Origin: a virus | Lineage: Duplodnaviria; Caudoviricetes | Reading direction: 5' to 3' (one strand) | DNA length: 38,495 nucleotides | Virus record (IMG/VR): IMGVR_UViG_3300005805_000209 | Span: 1-38,495 of that record | Shown here: positions 18,239 to 26,285 of the stretch, in pieces | Position numbering within the stretch: position 1 is the first letter of the stretch | How the letters are laid out: each line of letters begins with the position of its first letter | Translations under genes and position numbers: made by a program | The notes under the pieces: generated by a model | What the model was told of the DNA's origin: nothing | The model's input: only the letters and a program-made list of their open reading frames with translations | Databases searched by the model: none

Positions 18239-18796
18239 ATGTCAGTATACTATCCTGCCAGTAACTGCGGCGGCGGAGCCATCCCGCAGTACACGTGCAA
18301 CCCATGCCCGACATACGAATACAGCCGTATTCGCTCTGTGGCGTATGTAAAGAACTCATTCAGCTTCACCGACCCTTCTGACCCGACCGAGTGGAACACC
18401 GCTCTGGCTGCCGGAGATGCCATCGTACTGTGGGCAACCTCAGGAAACTATGACGGCGGAACTGTGGAGGAGCTCGTTGGTTTCGGCGATGCTGAGACTG
18501 TCAACGGCGGTAACTCTCATGTTTTGGTTTACAAGGACCCGAACACTGTTGCCAACTGCGACTTCTACAACGCTATCAAAGATTCAACCGACTACACTAT
18601 CTTCTTCCGTACCAGCTCCAAAATCTGGGAAGCCGGTGCTCCTGTGACTATCACTCCGAAGATGCCTGTCGCTGACGATCTGAAGGCCGTGCTCACCTAC
18701 GAGGTGACCTTGAAGTGGCAGAACTCCAACCTGCCATGCCCTTACGATGTGCCAGATGGTATCTTTGACCAGTGTTACATCCCGATTGTTGCATAA
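18239..18796 (+). CDS. Major tail tube protein
   Basis: 185 aa with biased codons, ends ...YEVTLKW..., followed by a terminator. Confidence 0.65.
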   Translation: MSVYYPASNCGGGAIPQYTCNPCPTYEYSRIRSVAYVKNSFSFTDPSDPTEWNTALAAGDAIVLWATSGNYDGGTVEELVGFGDAETVNGGNSHVLVYKDPNTVANCDFYNAIKDSTDYTIFFRTSSKIWEAGAPVTITPKMPVADDLKAVLTYEVTLKWQNSNLPCPYDVPDGIFDQCYIPIVA

Positions 18797-18825
18797 CATA
18801 GTGAGTTAGGTTTTGGTTTCTAGTG

Positions 18826-18848
18826 AGGGGCTCCGCGAGGGGCCCTTT
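18826..18848 (+). terminator. Hairpin terminator after the tail tube gene
   Basis: AGGGGCTCC-GCGA-GGGGCCCTTT. Confidence 0.6.
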
Positions 18849-18864
18849 GCTATATCTTTACAGC

Positions 18865-19083
18865 ATGAACAATGTCACCTTCGATACTGGTTCTGCTCAT
18901 GGATTCATCGGCTCAGTATCCTTCATCATACTTGCTCACGTTAGTGAGTTAATCGGCTCCGTAGACCTCCAGACTGTCAGCTACACCGTAGCTATCCTGG
19001 TAGGTGTTGATACCCTTACTGGCTCACCAATCAAGTCAACCTTCAAGAAACTTTGGGAATATCTGCGTGGTCGAATCAATTAG
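18865..19083 (+). CDS. Holin-like membrane protein
   Basis: Two hydrophobic segments, basic C-terminus, upstream of the endolysin; start at ATG 18865. Confidence 0.5.
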   Translation: MNNVTFDTGSAHGFIGSVSFIILAHVSELIGSVDLQTVSYTVAILVGVDTLTGSPIKSTFKKLWEYLRGRIN

Positions 19084-19573
19084 ACTGATAAAGAAATACG
19101 GCAACCCCACTATGGAGACTCTTGCGTGGGAGCGCAGGAACATGAAGGTGTGGAATGTGCCGCCCTTGATTCACCTGGCGATACCTCAGATACCTTCGCG
19201 CATCTATATGCACAGAGTGTTCATACCGGTTGCAGAGCAATGGCTCAAGGCACTGATTGAAGCTGGAGTCAGTCAAGAGATCAAGACCTTTGACGGTTGT
19301 TTCAACATACGTACAAAGCGTGGTGCGAAGTCACTGAGCATTCACGCATTCGGTATGGCTATCGACTTGAATGCAGCACACAACCCGCTAGGATTGTCAC
19401 GCCAACAATGCTTGATGCGTGGCTTGATACCATTCACAGAGAAGTTCATCAATGTCTCACGGAAGTATGTGGACTGTGGTGCAGACTGGCAAACTAGGCC
19501 GGACCTTATGCACTTTCAAATCAAAGGGGCTCAGGCTTACGGGCCTGGCCCCAATGACTCTGAAACACAGTAG
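19067..19573 (+). CDS. Endolysin, M15-family (L-Ala-D-Glu / D-Ala-D-Ala) Zn peptidase
   Basis: FNIR...SIHAFGMAID...DLMHFQ motifs; GTG start inferred. Confidence 0.85.
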   Translation: MVESIRLIKKYGNPTMETLAWERRNMKVWNVPPLIHLAIPQIPSRIYMHRVFIPVAEQWLKALIEAGVSQEIKTFDGCFNIRTKRGAKSLSIHAFGMAIDLNAAHNPLGLSRQQCLMRGLIPFTEKFINVSRKYVDCGADWQTRPDLMHFQIKGAQAYGPGPNDSETQ

Positions 19574-19615
19574 CAACCTGAGACTAAAGGTATATACATA
19601 AATCACCCTCGGACC

Positions 19616-19816
19616 ATGCTAAACATTAAAAATTATTGGGAGCCTACTCCCAAGTTCTGGAGAGCTATCGGAGACGCTCTGCTCACTGTCGGTTCAACTG
19701 CTACGGCTTACAACATCGTAATGGATGATAAGCTGATAGCCATGTTCTGCTTGGTATCAGGAGTGCTCGGTAAGTTCATCACCAACTTTTTTACGGACAA
19801 TGGCGTTCAACAATGA
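19616..19816 (+). CDS. Holin-like two-TM protein
   Basis: PTPKFWRAIGD followed by two hydrophobic helices, next to the endolysin. Confidence 0.55.
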   Translation: MLNIKNYWEPTPKFWRAIGDALLTVGSTATAYNIVMDDKLIAMFCLVSGVLGKFITNFFTDNGVQQ

Positions 19817-20387
19817 CACCCATCTGGAGGCTAAGTTCCTTCAGATCAAAGAGCAGTACGGTATCAAGTCGGTCATTGAGACTGGCACCTTCTATGCCGA
19901 TACTACCAAGTGGCTCAGCGATAACTTCGACAAGGTATACACATGCGAAGTCAATGCGCAATACTTCAAGATAGGCCAAGAGCAGCTCGTAGGACGCACG
20001 AACGTAGTCAGCTGCTTGCAGGATAGCAGGGAGTTCCTGATTGAAGCTCTGAAGCAAGCGGAAGGGCCTGTGTTGATATTCTTGGACGCGCATTGGGGCG
20101 AGAACCCGCTACTGCGTGAGATTGAAATCATAGGCGAGTCTGGAGTCAATCCGATTGTAGCTATCCACGACTTCAAGGTGCCTGGCAAGAACTTCGGCTA
20201 CGACACCTACCCAGGCATCGTGTATGACTGGGATTTCATCAAGGAGTCAGTCGGTAAAGCGTTTGACAATCAGTACACTACCGAGTACAATGAAGTGGCC
20301 ACAGGAGCAAAGCGCGGCTGTATCTTTATATATCCAAACGCCGCAACCCATGCTCAATCACTTCCTGAAGGTACCGGTAGTCTATGA
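19800..20387 (+). CDS. Class I SAM-dependent methyltransferase (Methyltransf_24-like)
   Basis: VIETGTFYADTT, VYTCE, IFLDAHW, IHD motifs. Confidence 0.75.
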   Translation: MAFNNDTHLEAKFLQIKEQYGIKSVIETGTFYADTTKWLSDNFDKVYTCEVNAQYFKIGQEQLVGRTNVVSCLQDSREFLIEALKQAEGPVLIFLDAHWGENPLLREIEIIGESGVNPIVAIHDFKVPGKNFGYDTYPGIVYDWDFIKESVGKAFDNQYTTEYNEVATGAKRGCIFIYPNAATHAQSLPEGTGSL

Positions 20388-20628
20388 CCCAAGTGACGAA
20401 GATGTAGAGAGCTACATGCGCAAGCAGTATAGGCGCATGGCAGTTGTGCCTTTTGAGAATATCTACTACATTCAAGAGAACGAAGACAAAAACTACACCG
20501 ACATCATCTTGCAGGACGGTGACCTGTTGACAGCGATGGTACCATACGATGCTATCTTTAGCGTGTGGGAGGAATGGTTTAAGGCTCAAGCAAATAGCCA
20601 CCTCAGCTTCCTCACGCGTAGCAACTAA
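20350..20628 (+). CDS. Hypothetical protein
   Basis: Likely start MLNHF; TAATG coupling to the next gene. Confidence 0.6.
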   Translation: MLNHFLKVPVVYDPSDEDVESYMRKQYRRMAVVPFENIYYIQENEDKNYTDIILQDGDLLTAMVPYDAIFSVWEEWFKAQANSHLSFLTRSN

Positions 20629-21638
20629 TGAGAGAGGAATACAGGCAGTACTGCAATGACTACTATCAGCGGTCTAAGAAGTATGATGCGTACATGGATG
20701 ACATCGTCCAATGGATTCTCGCGCATCCAGCTGCTACGCGCAAAGAGATAGTACACTACATCAGTGAGCTCTCTGGTAGTATGAACTCTGGAGACTACCG
20801 TATGATTGCTGATGCTCACAAGATCATCAATGCGCTGTACAGAGGTGTAGGCCAAGATTATATAGATGTACACATTGATAAGCTCGAAGACGGTGACACA
20901 TCCTCGCTGAGATGGAAGGAGGTCAACCACAAGCGCATGCTTGTACTATCTGACATCCATTTTCCATACCACGACAAGGCTGCATTGATGCTTGCACTTC
21001 GTGTGGGCAAAGAGAAGCAAGTCGATAGCATCCTACTCAACGGAGACATCCTTGACTTCTATCAACTGTCGAAGTTCAGCAAGGACTTTCGCAAGCCGAG
21101 CATCAAAGCGGAGCTAGATGTGTTCCGGTTCTTCATTGACCAGCTCAAGCAGCGGTTTCCAGAGGCTACCATCTACTACAAGTTCGGCAACCATGAGCAG
21201 CGGTTCGAGCGGTGGATTCAGAACAATGCTCAGATGTTTGACGGCATCCTAGACATTGAGAACCTTGTAGACTTTGAAGGTCACGGCGTAGTATTCTTGA
21301 AGGACAACATCGGTGTCAAGTTCGGCAAGCTGAACATCATCCACGGTCACGAGATTCGTGCCGGTATGGGTGTAGTCAACATCGCACGCACTTACTACAT
21401 GAAGGCTCAGTCGAACTTGCTGTTCGGCCACTGGCACCAGAACCAGGAGTACATCACGCGCACGATGGACGGTGCTGTGCATGGAGCGTGGGCACAAGGG
21501 TGCCTGTGCAAGCTCGATGCGGAGTACACCTACGGCATCAATCAGTGGGTGCACGGCTTCAGTATCGTAGATCGGACCTCAGATGAGGGTGATTTTCGGG
21601 TAAAACTGTACAAAATACTGGACGGAGATACGGTGTAA
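20628..21638 (+). CDS. Calcineurin-like metallophosphoesterase
   Basis: SDIH, NGDILD, GNHE, HGH, GHWH motifs. Confidence 0.9.
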   Translation: MREEYRQYCNDYYQRSKKYDAYMDDIVQWILAHPAATRKEIVHYISELSGSMNSGDYRMIADAHKIINALYRGVGQDYIDVHIDKLEDGDTSSLRWKEVNHKRMLVLSDIHFPYHDKAALMLALRVGKEKQVDSILLNGDILDFYQLSKFSKDFRKPSIKAELDVFRFFIDQLKQRFPEATIYYKFGNHEQRFERWIQNNAQMFDGILDIENLVDFEGHGVVFLKDNIGVKFGKLNIIHGHEIRAGMGVVNIARTYYMKAQSNLLFGHWHQNQEYITRTMDGAVHGAWAQGCLCKLDAEYTYGINQWVHGFSIVDRTSDEGDFRVKLYKILDGDTV

Positions 21639-21666
21639 AGTAAAATTATTGCCGTGTGTATCAGTT

Positions 21667-21694
21667 AGTTAGCCCTGTAAGGGTAACTTTTTTT
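21667..21694 (+). terminator. Terminator ending the late/lysis operon
   Basis: AGTTA(G)CCC-TGTAA-GGGTAACT plus T-tract. Confidence 0.65.
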
Positions 21695-21703
21695 ATTGTG
21701 GCG

Positions 21704-21735
21704 TACTTTTGTAATTATCAAAGTAGATACTTTTG
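21704..21735 (+). promoter_or_regulatory. Tandem -7 boxes TACTTTTG (21704 and 21728), probable early promoter
   Basis: Two identical TAnnTTTG matches in an AT-rich intergenic region. Confidence 0.6.
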
Positions 21736-21755
21736 ACCCCATCAAACACAGCAAC

Positions 21756-21995
21756 ATGAAAGAAAACCCCTACAATGCAGCAACCGTAGCAGCGCGGCTC
21801 ACTGGCACGCTGGAGGCTATGCGCAACATCGCATATCAGAACGGTGAACTGCAACAAGCCAAGTACTTCAACGAGGTACTGCTCAATGCCTACGAAGACG
21901 CCTGCTGGAGTGAGAGCTCCAAGCGTTGGTTAGATGATTACAAACACGAAGCAATCCGAATCCATGAAGCAATACGAACTCAAACAAATCCGTGA
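21756..21995 (+). CDS. Hypothetical early protein
   Basis: Start MKENPY downstream of the promoter boxes. Confidence 0.65.
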   Translation: MKENPYNAATVAARLTGTLEAMRNIAYQNGELQQAKYFNEVLLNAYEDACWSESSKRWLDDYKHEAIRIHEAIRTQTNP

Positions 21996-22212
21996 CTCAC
22001 TCAAGTTCGGTGATGTCACCACTATCGCAACAGAAGTAGGTGTATCAGCTCAAACCGTTCAGAACGCACTGCGTGGCCTTGCACTCACTGAAACCGCTAA
22101 ACTCTGTATCCAACATGCTCAACGACTCATCAAGCAACGAGAAGAACGAATCGCAGAACTCAAAGCCATCATCGCCAAACAGCGCGCCGCCCGCGAGAAG
22201 GCTAGTGACTAA
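21964..22212 (+). CDS. HTH DNA-binding protein
   Basis: TTIATEVGVSAQTVQNALRG helix-turn-helix plus coiled coil. Confidence 0.75.
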   Translation: MKQYELKQIRDSLKFGDVTTIATEVGVSAQTVQNALRGLALTETAKLCIQHAQRLIKQREERIAELKAIIAKQRAAREKASD

Positions 22213-22324
22213 CAAGTTCGACAGATACTTACAGTGGTGCGACTCATTGATACCATGCTCAGAAGAACCACAGATGTATGTCAGCGCATGCGGAACAATC
22301 TGGTACTCACTTAAACTTCAATAA
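22205..22324 (+). CDS. Small hypothetical protein
   Basis: GTG start overlapping the upstream stop; fills the gap before ERF. Confidence 0.4.
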   Translation: MTNKFDRYLQWCDSLIPCSEEPQMYVSACGTIWYSLKLQ

Positions 22325-22326
22325 CA

Positions 22327-22953
22327 ATGTCAGCAACCAAACGCCTCCTTGACGAGGAACACTTCACACAAATGAAACCAATGACAATAATCCACCACAC
22401 TGACTCACTGTGGCAATCCGAGTCACAGAGCAAGATTCTACCTGCACTGCTTAAGTTCCACAAGATGGACATACGAATCACCAAGGACCGCACCGTGCCA
22501 GTTGGCGGAGGCAAGACACGCAGCTACACCACTCTGGATGAAATCATCTCCAAGGTCAAGCCAGCACTCGCAGACTGCGGACTGCTCATCCACCAGCACC
22601 TGGCAGGACCTGAAGTAGTGACTATGCTTGTGCACGAGTCAGGTGAGTTCCTGGCTTCCAAGGTGGGCTTCACTCCGATGCAGGGTAACAATACCAACGC
22701 CCTTCAGAATGCTGGTGGAGGATTGACTTACCTCAAACGCTACGCTATCTCAGCACTCCTCAACATCAACGCAGACGAAGACCAGGACGGCGAAGGAGCT
22801 ACGGTAGAAATCAAGCAGACTGTTGACATGGAAAAGCTCGCTAAGATCAAGACCTGGATAGACGAAGGCAAGGGTACACTTGAGCAAGTCCGCGCGAAGT
22901 ACCAGCTCAGCGCATTGCAGTTGGACTTCCTAACTAAGAAACCCAATGGCTGA
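22327..22953 (+). CDS. erf: ERF-family single-strand annealing recombinase
   Basis: Y.TLDEI, HESGEF, GGGLTYLKRYAISALLNI.ADED.DG signature. Confidence 0.88.
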   Translation: MSATKRLLDEEHFTQMKPMTIIHHTDSLWQSESQSKILPALLKFHKMDIRITKDRTVPVGGGKTRSYTTLDEIISKVKPALADCGLLIHQHLAGPEVVTMLVHESGEFLASKVGFTPMQGNNTNALQNAGGGLTYLKRYAISALLNINADEDQDGEGATVEIKQTVDMEKLAKIKTWIDEGKGTLEQVRAKYQLSALQLDFLTKKPNG

Positions 22954-23155
22954 GATAACGCTCTGTGACGGTGACTTCTGCCCTCTGAAGTACACCTGTC
23001 TGCGGTACTTGACTCTTGCAGACCCATCCTACCAGGCATACTACGTTGAACCACCTTACAATCAAACCAACCAAAACTGTGACTACTATGAACCAACTCA
23101 CACCGTTCGAGGCTCCCGAACAAATCACCAAGGAAGCCATTCAACAGTACGCTGA
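22946..23155 (+). CDS. Small Cys-motif protein
   Basis: ITLCDGDFCPLKYTCLRY...CDYY. Confidence 0.65.
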   Translation: MAEITLCDGDFCPLKYTCLRYLTLADPSYQAYYVEPPYNQTNQNCDYYEPTHTVRGSRTNHQGSHSTVR

Positions 23156-23564
23156 TGTACTGATTGACCAGCTCGAAGCAGGTCACTCCAACACACTAGA
23201 TGTAGCCCTCAAGATTAAGTTCATGGAGGAGCTCATTGAGAAGATCAAGGACCGCCTGCGTAGCATGGTAGTCGATGAACTAGACAAGTACCAGAAGGGC
23301 GAAGAGTGCGTGCGATACAACGCCTCATTCAAGGCCAAGGAGTCTGGAGTGCGCTACGACTTCCACCCATGCAATGACCCGAAGTGGAGCGGCCTCACCC
23401 AGTCCATCAACGAGCTAACCGAGAAGCGCAAGGAGCGCGAGCTGTTCCTCAAGTCAATCAAAGAGAAGACCACCTTCGTTGACGATGAAACCGGCGAAAT
23501 CGTGAACATCTTCCCAGCACGTAAACTGTCAACCACTACATACGAGATCCGATGGAAGAAGTAA
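23088..23564 (+). CDS. Hypothetical recombination-module protein
   Basis: Charged helical protein (ESGVRYDFHPCNDPKW) near ERF. Confidence 0.7.
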   Translation: MNQLTPFEAPEQITKEAIQQYADVLIDQLEAGHSNTLDVALKIKFMEELIEKIKDRLRSMVVDELDKYQKGEECVRYNASFKAKESGVRYDFHPCNDPKWSGLTQSINELTEKRKERELFLKSIKEKTTFVDDETGEIVNIFPARKLSTTTYEIRWKK

Positions 23565-23893
23565 CCTTCACACCTAAGCACTGGGCACTGTTCATGTTCA
23601 TGTCACTGACCCAACAAGCCGAAGGGTGGGCGTATGTTCTGAAGGACACCGTCAACCTGCGCACCAAGCAGCTGCTCAATACCTACTTGAACTCCGCACG
23701 CAGCCTGACAAGCCATATGGGTAAGGACTTCAACATGGATGTCTTGAATGAGAACAGCACGGTCTGGAGCGACTTCATGAAGCTCATGCACGAACTACCC
23801 ATGCACAAGCAGCAAGCATTGTACCTTGCAATCAAGGAACTACTTGACGGTAACTTAACGATAGAAGATGATGACGCACCTGGGACTGTTTGA
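23552..23893 (+). CDS. Hypothetical protein
   Basis: 113 aa overlapping both neighbours. Confidence 0.65.
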   Translation: MEEVTFTPKHWALFMFMSLTQQAEGWAYVLKDTVNLRTKQLLNTYLNSARSLTSHMGKDFNMDVLNENSTVWSDFMKLMHELPMHKQQALYLAIKELLDGNLTIEDDDAPGTV

Positions 23894-25004
23894 AGGCATC
23901 GGCGGCTTCAGTCTTGCAGCTCGTTGGATGGGCTGGGAAACGCTTGCATGGTGCGAGTGGAATCAATTTGGCCAGCGAGTGCTTCGCCACCACTTCCCTA
24001 ACGCCGAGGGCTTCGGTGACATAACTAAAACAGACTTTACGAAATATGCAAACAGAATTGGAATTCTTACCGGTGGCTTCCCATGCCAGCCCTACTCAAT
24101 GGCAGGCAAGCGACTTGGCAAGGAAGATGACCGACACCTCTGGCCGGAAATGCTTAGAGCGATACGAGAGATTCAACCACGTTGGGTCGTGGGCGAGAAT
24201 GTTCTCGGCCTTGTTAATTGGAATGGAGGGCTGGTATTCAACGAGGTGCAAGCTGACTTGGAAGCTCAAGGGTACGAAGTACAACCGTATGTACTTCCAG
24301 CTTGCGCCGTCAATGCTCCCCACCGAAGGGACAGGGTTTGGTTTGTTGCCTACGCCAAAAACAATCTATATAGCGGAGAATATAAATTCAGGAAAGGAAA
24401 CGATATTTCAAAACGGAGTTTATACGAATGTGAGAAAAAGCGACGGCATGAGGTTTGGGCCATCATTGAACGATTTGATGAAAAACATGATGCTTCCGAC
24501 ACCGACAGCATACGATTGGAACAGTGCGAGAACCGAACAGAAATGGGAGGAGGACAAGGAAAAGTGGGCGGAGAAGGGAGTCAACCTTCAAATGCCATTG
24601 AAACAAATGGCGAGGTTTCAAATGCTTCCGACACCGAGAGCCAATCAGGTAAATGGATGCGACCTGAATTCGGAGAGTTTAGCAAATCGCAACAAAGGGA
24701 ATTTGGAGGAACATATAGCCAAATGGGTAACGATGCTTCCGACACCGATGGCATCAGATTCAGGAGAGAAGGTGACAGGATTGGAAAATCAAAACTCATT
24801 GACCAAGCAAGTAAGATTAACGACTGGTCAAACTTCCCAACTCAATCCCCCATTTGTTCTCGAAATGATGGGATTTCCACCGGACTGGACGGCATCACCT
24901 TTTCAAAGTGGAGAAACGAGTCAATAAAAGCAGCCGGAAATGCGATAGTCCCACAAGTAGCCTTGCAAATCTTCAAAGCCATTGCACAGTATGAACATTC
25001 GTAA
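23868..25004 (+). CDS. dcm: DNA (cytosine-C5) methyltransferase, alpha-type chain
   Basis: Motif I LFEGIGG, IV GGFPCQ, VI GENV, VIII HRRDRVW, X GNAIVP. Confidence 0.93.
   Translation: MMTHLGLFEGIGGFSLAARWMGWETLAWCEWNQFGQRVLRHHFPNAEGFGDITKTDFTKYANRIGILTGGFPCQPYSMAGKRLGKEDDRHLWPEMLRAIREIQPRWVVGENVLGLVNWNGGLVFNEVQADLEAQGYEVQPYVLPACAVNAPHRRDRVWFVAYAKNNLYSGEYKFRKGNDISKRSLYECEKKRRHEVWAIIERFDEKHDASDTDSIRLEQCENRTEMGGGQGKVGGEGSQPSNAIETNGEVSNASDTESQSGKWMRPEFGEFSKSQQREFGGTYSQMGNDASDTDGIRFRREGDRIGKSKLIDQASKINDWSNFPTQSPICSRNDGISTGLDGITFSKWRNESIKAAGNAIVPQVALQIFKAIAQYEHS
24046..24927 (+). CDS. Nested +1-frame ORF, probable beta chain of the C5-MTase (motif IX plus LPTP repeats)
   Basis: 293 aa entirely inside dcm; four LPTP units; QLNPPFVLEMMGFPPDWT. 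Confidence 0.7.
   Translation: MQTELEFLPVASHASPTQWQASDLARKMTDTSGRKCLERYERFNHVGSWARMFSALLIGMEGWYSTRCKLTWKLKGTKYNRMYFQLAPSMLPTEGTGFGLLPTPKTIYIAENINSGKETIFQNGVYTNVRKSDGMRFGPSLNDLMKNMMLPTPTAYDWNSARTEQKWEEDKEKWAEKGVNLQMPLKQMARFQMLPTPRANQVNGCDLNSESLANRNKGNLEEHIAKWVTMLPTPMASDSGEKVTGLENQNSLTKQVRLTTGQTSQLNPPFVLEMMGFPPDWTASPFQSGETSQ
24490..24748 (+). repeat. Three exact 16-bp repeats ATGCTTCCGACACCGA (24490, 24622, 24733)
   Basis: Direct reading; they encode MLPTP in the nested frame. Confidence 0.9.
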
Positions 25005-25021
25005 CTTCATAAGAAAAAGAC

Positions 25022-25138
25022 ATGCCTAAGAAACTCGAACGCTGCGTCAAGCAGGTACAAGCAAGTGGTAAGACCAAATCATCAGCCTACGCAATATGCA
25101 CAGCCAGCCTAGCGAAGAAAACAAAGCCCAAAAAGTAG
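25022..25138 (+). CDS. 38-aa basic peptide MPKKLERCVKQV...AYAICTASLAKKTKPKK
   Basis: Not in the ORF track; clean ATG to TAG after an A-rich leader. Confidence 0.65.
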   Translation: MPKKLERCVKQVQASGKTKSSAYAICTASLAKKTKPKK

Positions 25139-25152
25139 CCCTGACCACTGAC

Positions 25153-25443
25153 ATGTCCACTCCGGCGCACGTACCGGAGTGGAAGCGGGCCCTGATTGCC
25201 AAGCGCGATGAACTGTTCGACAAGCTCTGCGATGCGCGTGAGAAGCTCGTAAAGTGGGAGCTTGATGCCGCCAACATCCGGTACATCAATATCCGCCGCA
25301 ACCGCTCCGAATCACACAAGCCGCTCATTGAGCTGATCCGAAAGCAATGCGACCAATACCGACTCGAACTGCTGGAGCTAGATGCCGAAATCACCGGACT
25401 CAAACATCAGCCTGTTGATATTCAACTGAGTGAAGTCAATTAA
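25153..25443 (+). CDS. Hypothetical coiled-coil protein
   Basis: Likely start MSTPAH. Confidence 0.55.
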   Translation: MSTPAHVPEWKRALIAKRDELFDKLCDAREKLVKWELDAANIRYINIRRNRSESHKPLIELIRKQCDQYRLELLELDAEITGLKHQPVDIQLSEVN

Positions 25444-25485
25444 CATTCGCCCAAGAATACCGCTATTTCGCCCTATATTAGCATC

Positions 25486-25986
25486 ATGAGAAGCCTACTA
25501 ACAATCCTGGTGTGCCTGCTCGTTGCAGCATGCGACCAGCACCGCGATGAAATTGCACCCAAGCACATCATGCAGCAAGCCTCAGCCGAACGCCGATACA
25601 ACGGCAATGGCAACGGCAACCAGACCGGCACGACCTCACAGTGGCAAGTCATAGAAGTCTATTCTGGCGACTGGGATGTCAAGTGGGACACAACCTTCTG
25701 CGGTTGGCTAGTTATGCGCTGGAACGATCAGAACCGACCATCCTCCACAGCTACCGTTGAAGTATCGCCCTACAAGATGGTAGTCGAGCCTCGACAAGAC
25801 CCCTACAACGTGGAGTGCTTGACTAACAGCATGGCCTACAAGTACGGTATGAACAACCTGTTCAAGCCATCGCAGACCTACTCAGTGCGCGTAGCCTGGA
25901 CCATGCGCGACAGGGACAAGCAGGTGCTGACAATCTACTACTCTGACGCTGTAACCGTACACACCGGAACCAACGTATGTCAGTGA
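25486..25986 (+). CDS. Lipoprotein
   Basis: MRSLLTILVCLLVAA|C lipobox. Confidence 0.7.
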   Translation: MRSLLTILVCLLVAACDQHRDEIAPKHIMQQASAERRYNGNGNGNQTGTTSQWQVIEVYSGDWDVKWDTTFCGWLVMRWNDQNRPSSTATVEVSPYKMVVEPRQDPYNVECLTNSMAYKYGMNNLFKPSQTYSVRVAWTMRDRDKQVLTIYYSDAVTVHTGTNVCQ

Positions 25987-26285
25987 AACACTACAAGCAG
26001 GGTGACCCGACCTATGAAGCCATCAAGGTCATTGATGCCTGGCAGGCTGACTTCAACATCGGCAATGCGCTGAAGTACATCGCACGCCATAAGTACAAGG
26101 GTGACCCTGCTGGAGACTTGACCAAGGCCATCTACTACTTACAACGAAGCATTGACGCCTATGACTCTAGAGCAACTTACACAGCTGGCAAATATGCAGA
26201 AGATTGCCAAGCACCCGACAGTACCTCTGCATGCCCTACCATCAGTGAAGAAGTTCTCCGAGTCCTCCGCGAACGAACTGACTAG
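25977..26285 (+). CDS. DUF3310-family protein
   Basis: HY...AIKVI...FNIGNALKYIAR...KG...DLTKAIYYL. Confidence 0.8.
   Translation: MSVKHYKQGDPTYEAIKVIDAWQADFNIGNALKYIARHKYKGDPAGDLTKAIYYLQRSIDAYDSRATYTAGKYAEDCQAPDSTSACPTISEEVLRVLRERTD

Noticed and set aside
21696-22324. Lysogeny switch (cI/cro, integrase)
   Set aside because: Only a same-strand HTH; no divergent repressor, integrase or att site seen
24490-24748. Mini-CRISPR array
   Set aside because: Repeats are 16 bp with 95-116 bp intervals and are explained by coding LPTP cassettes
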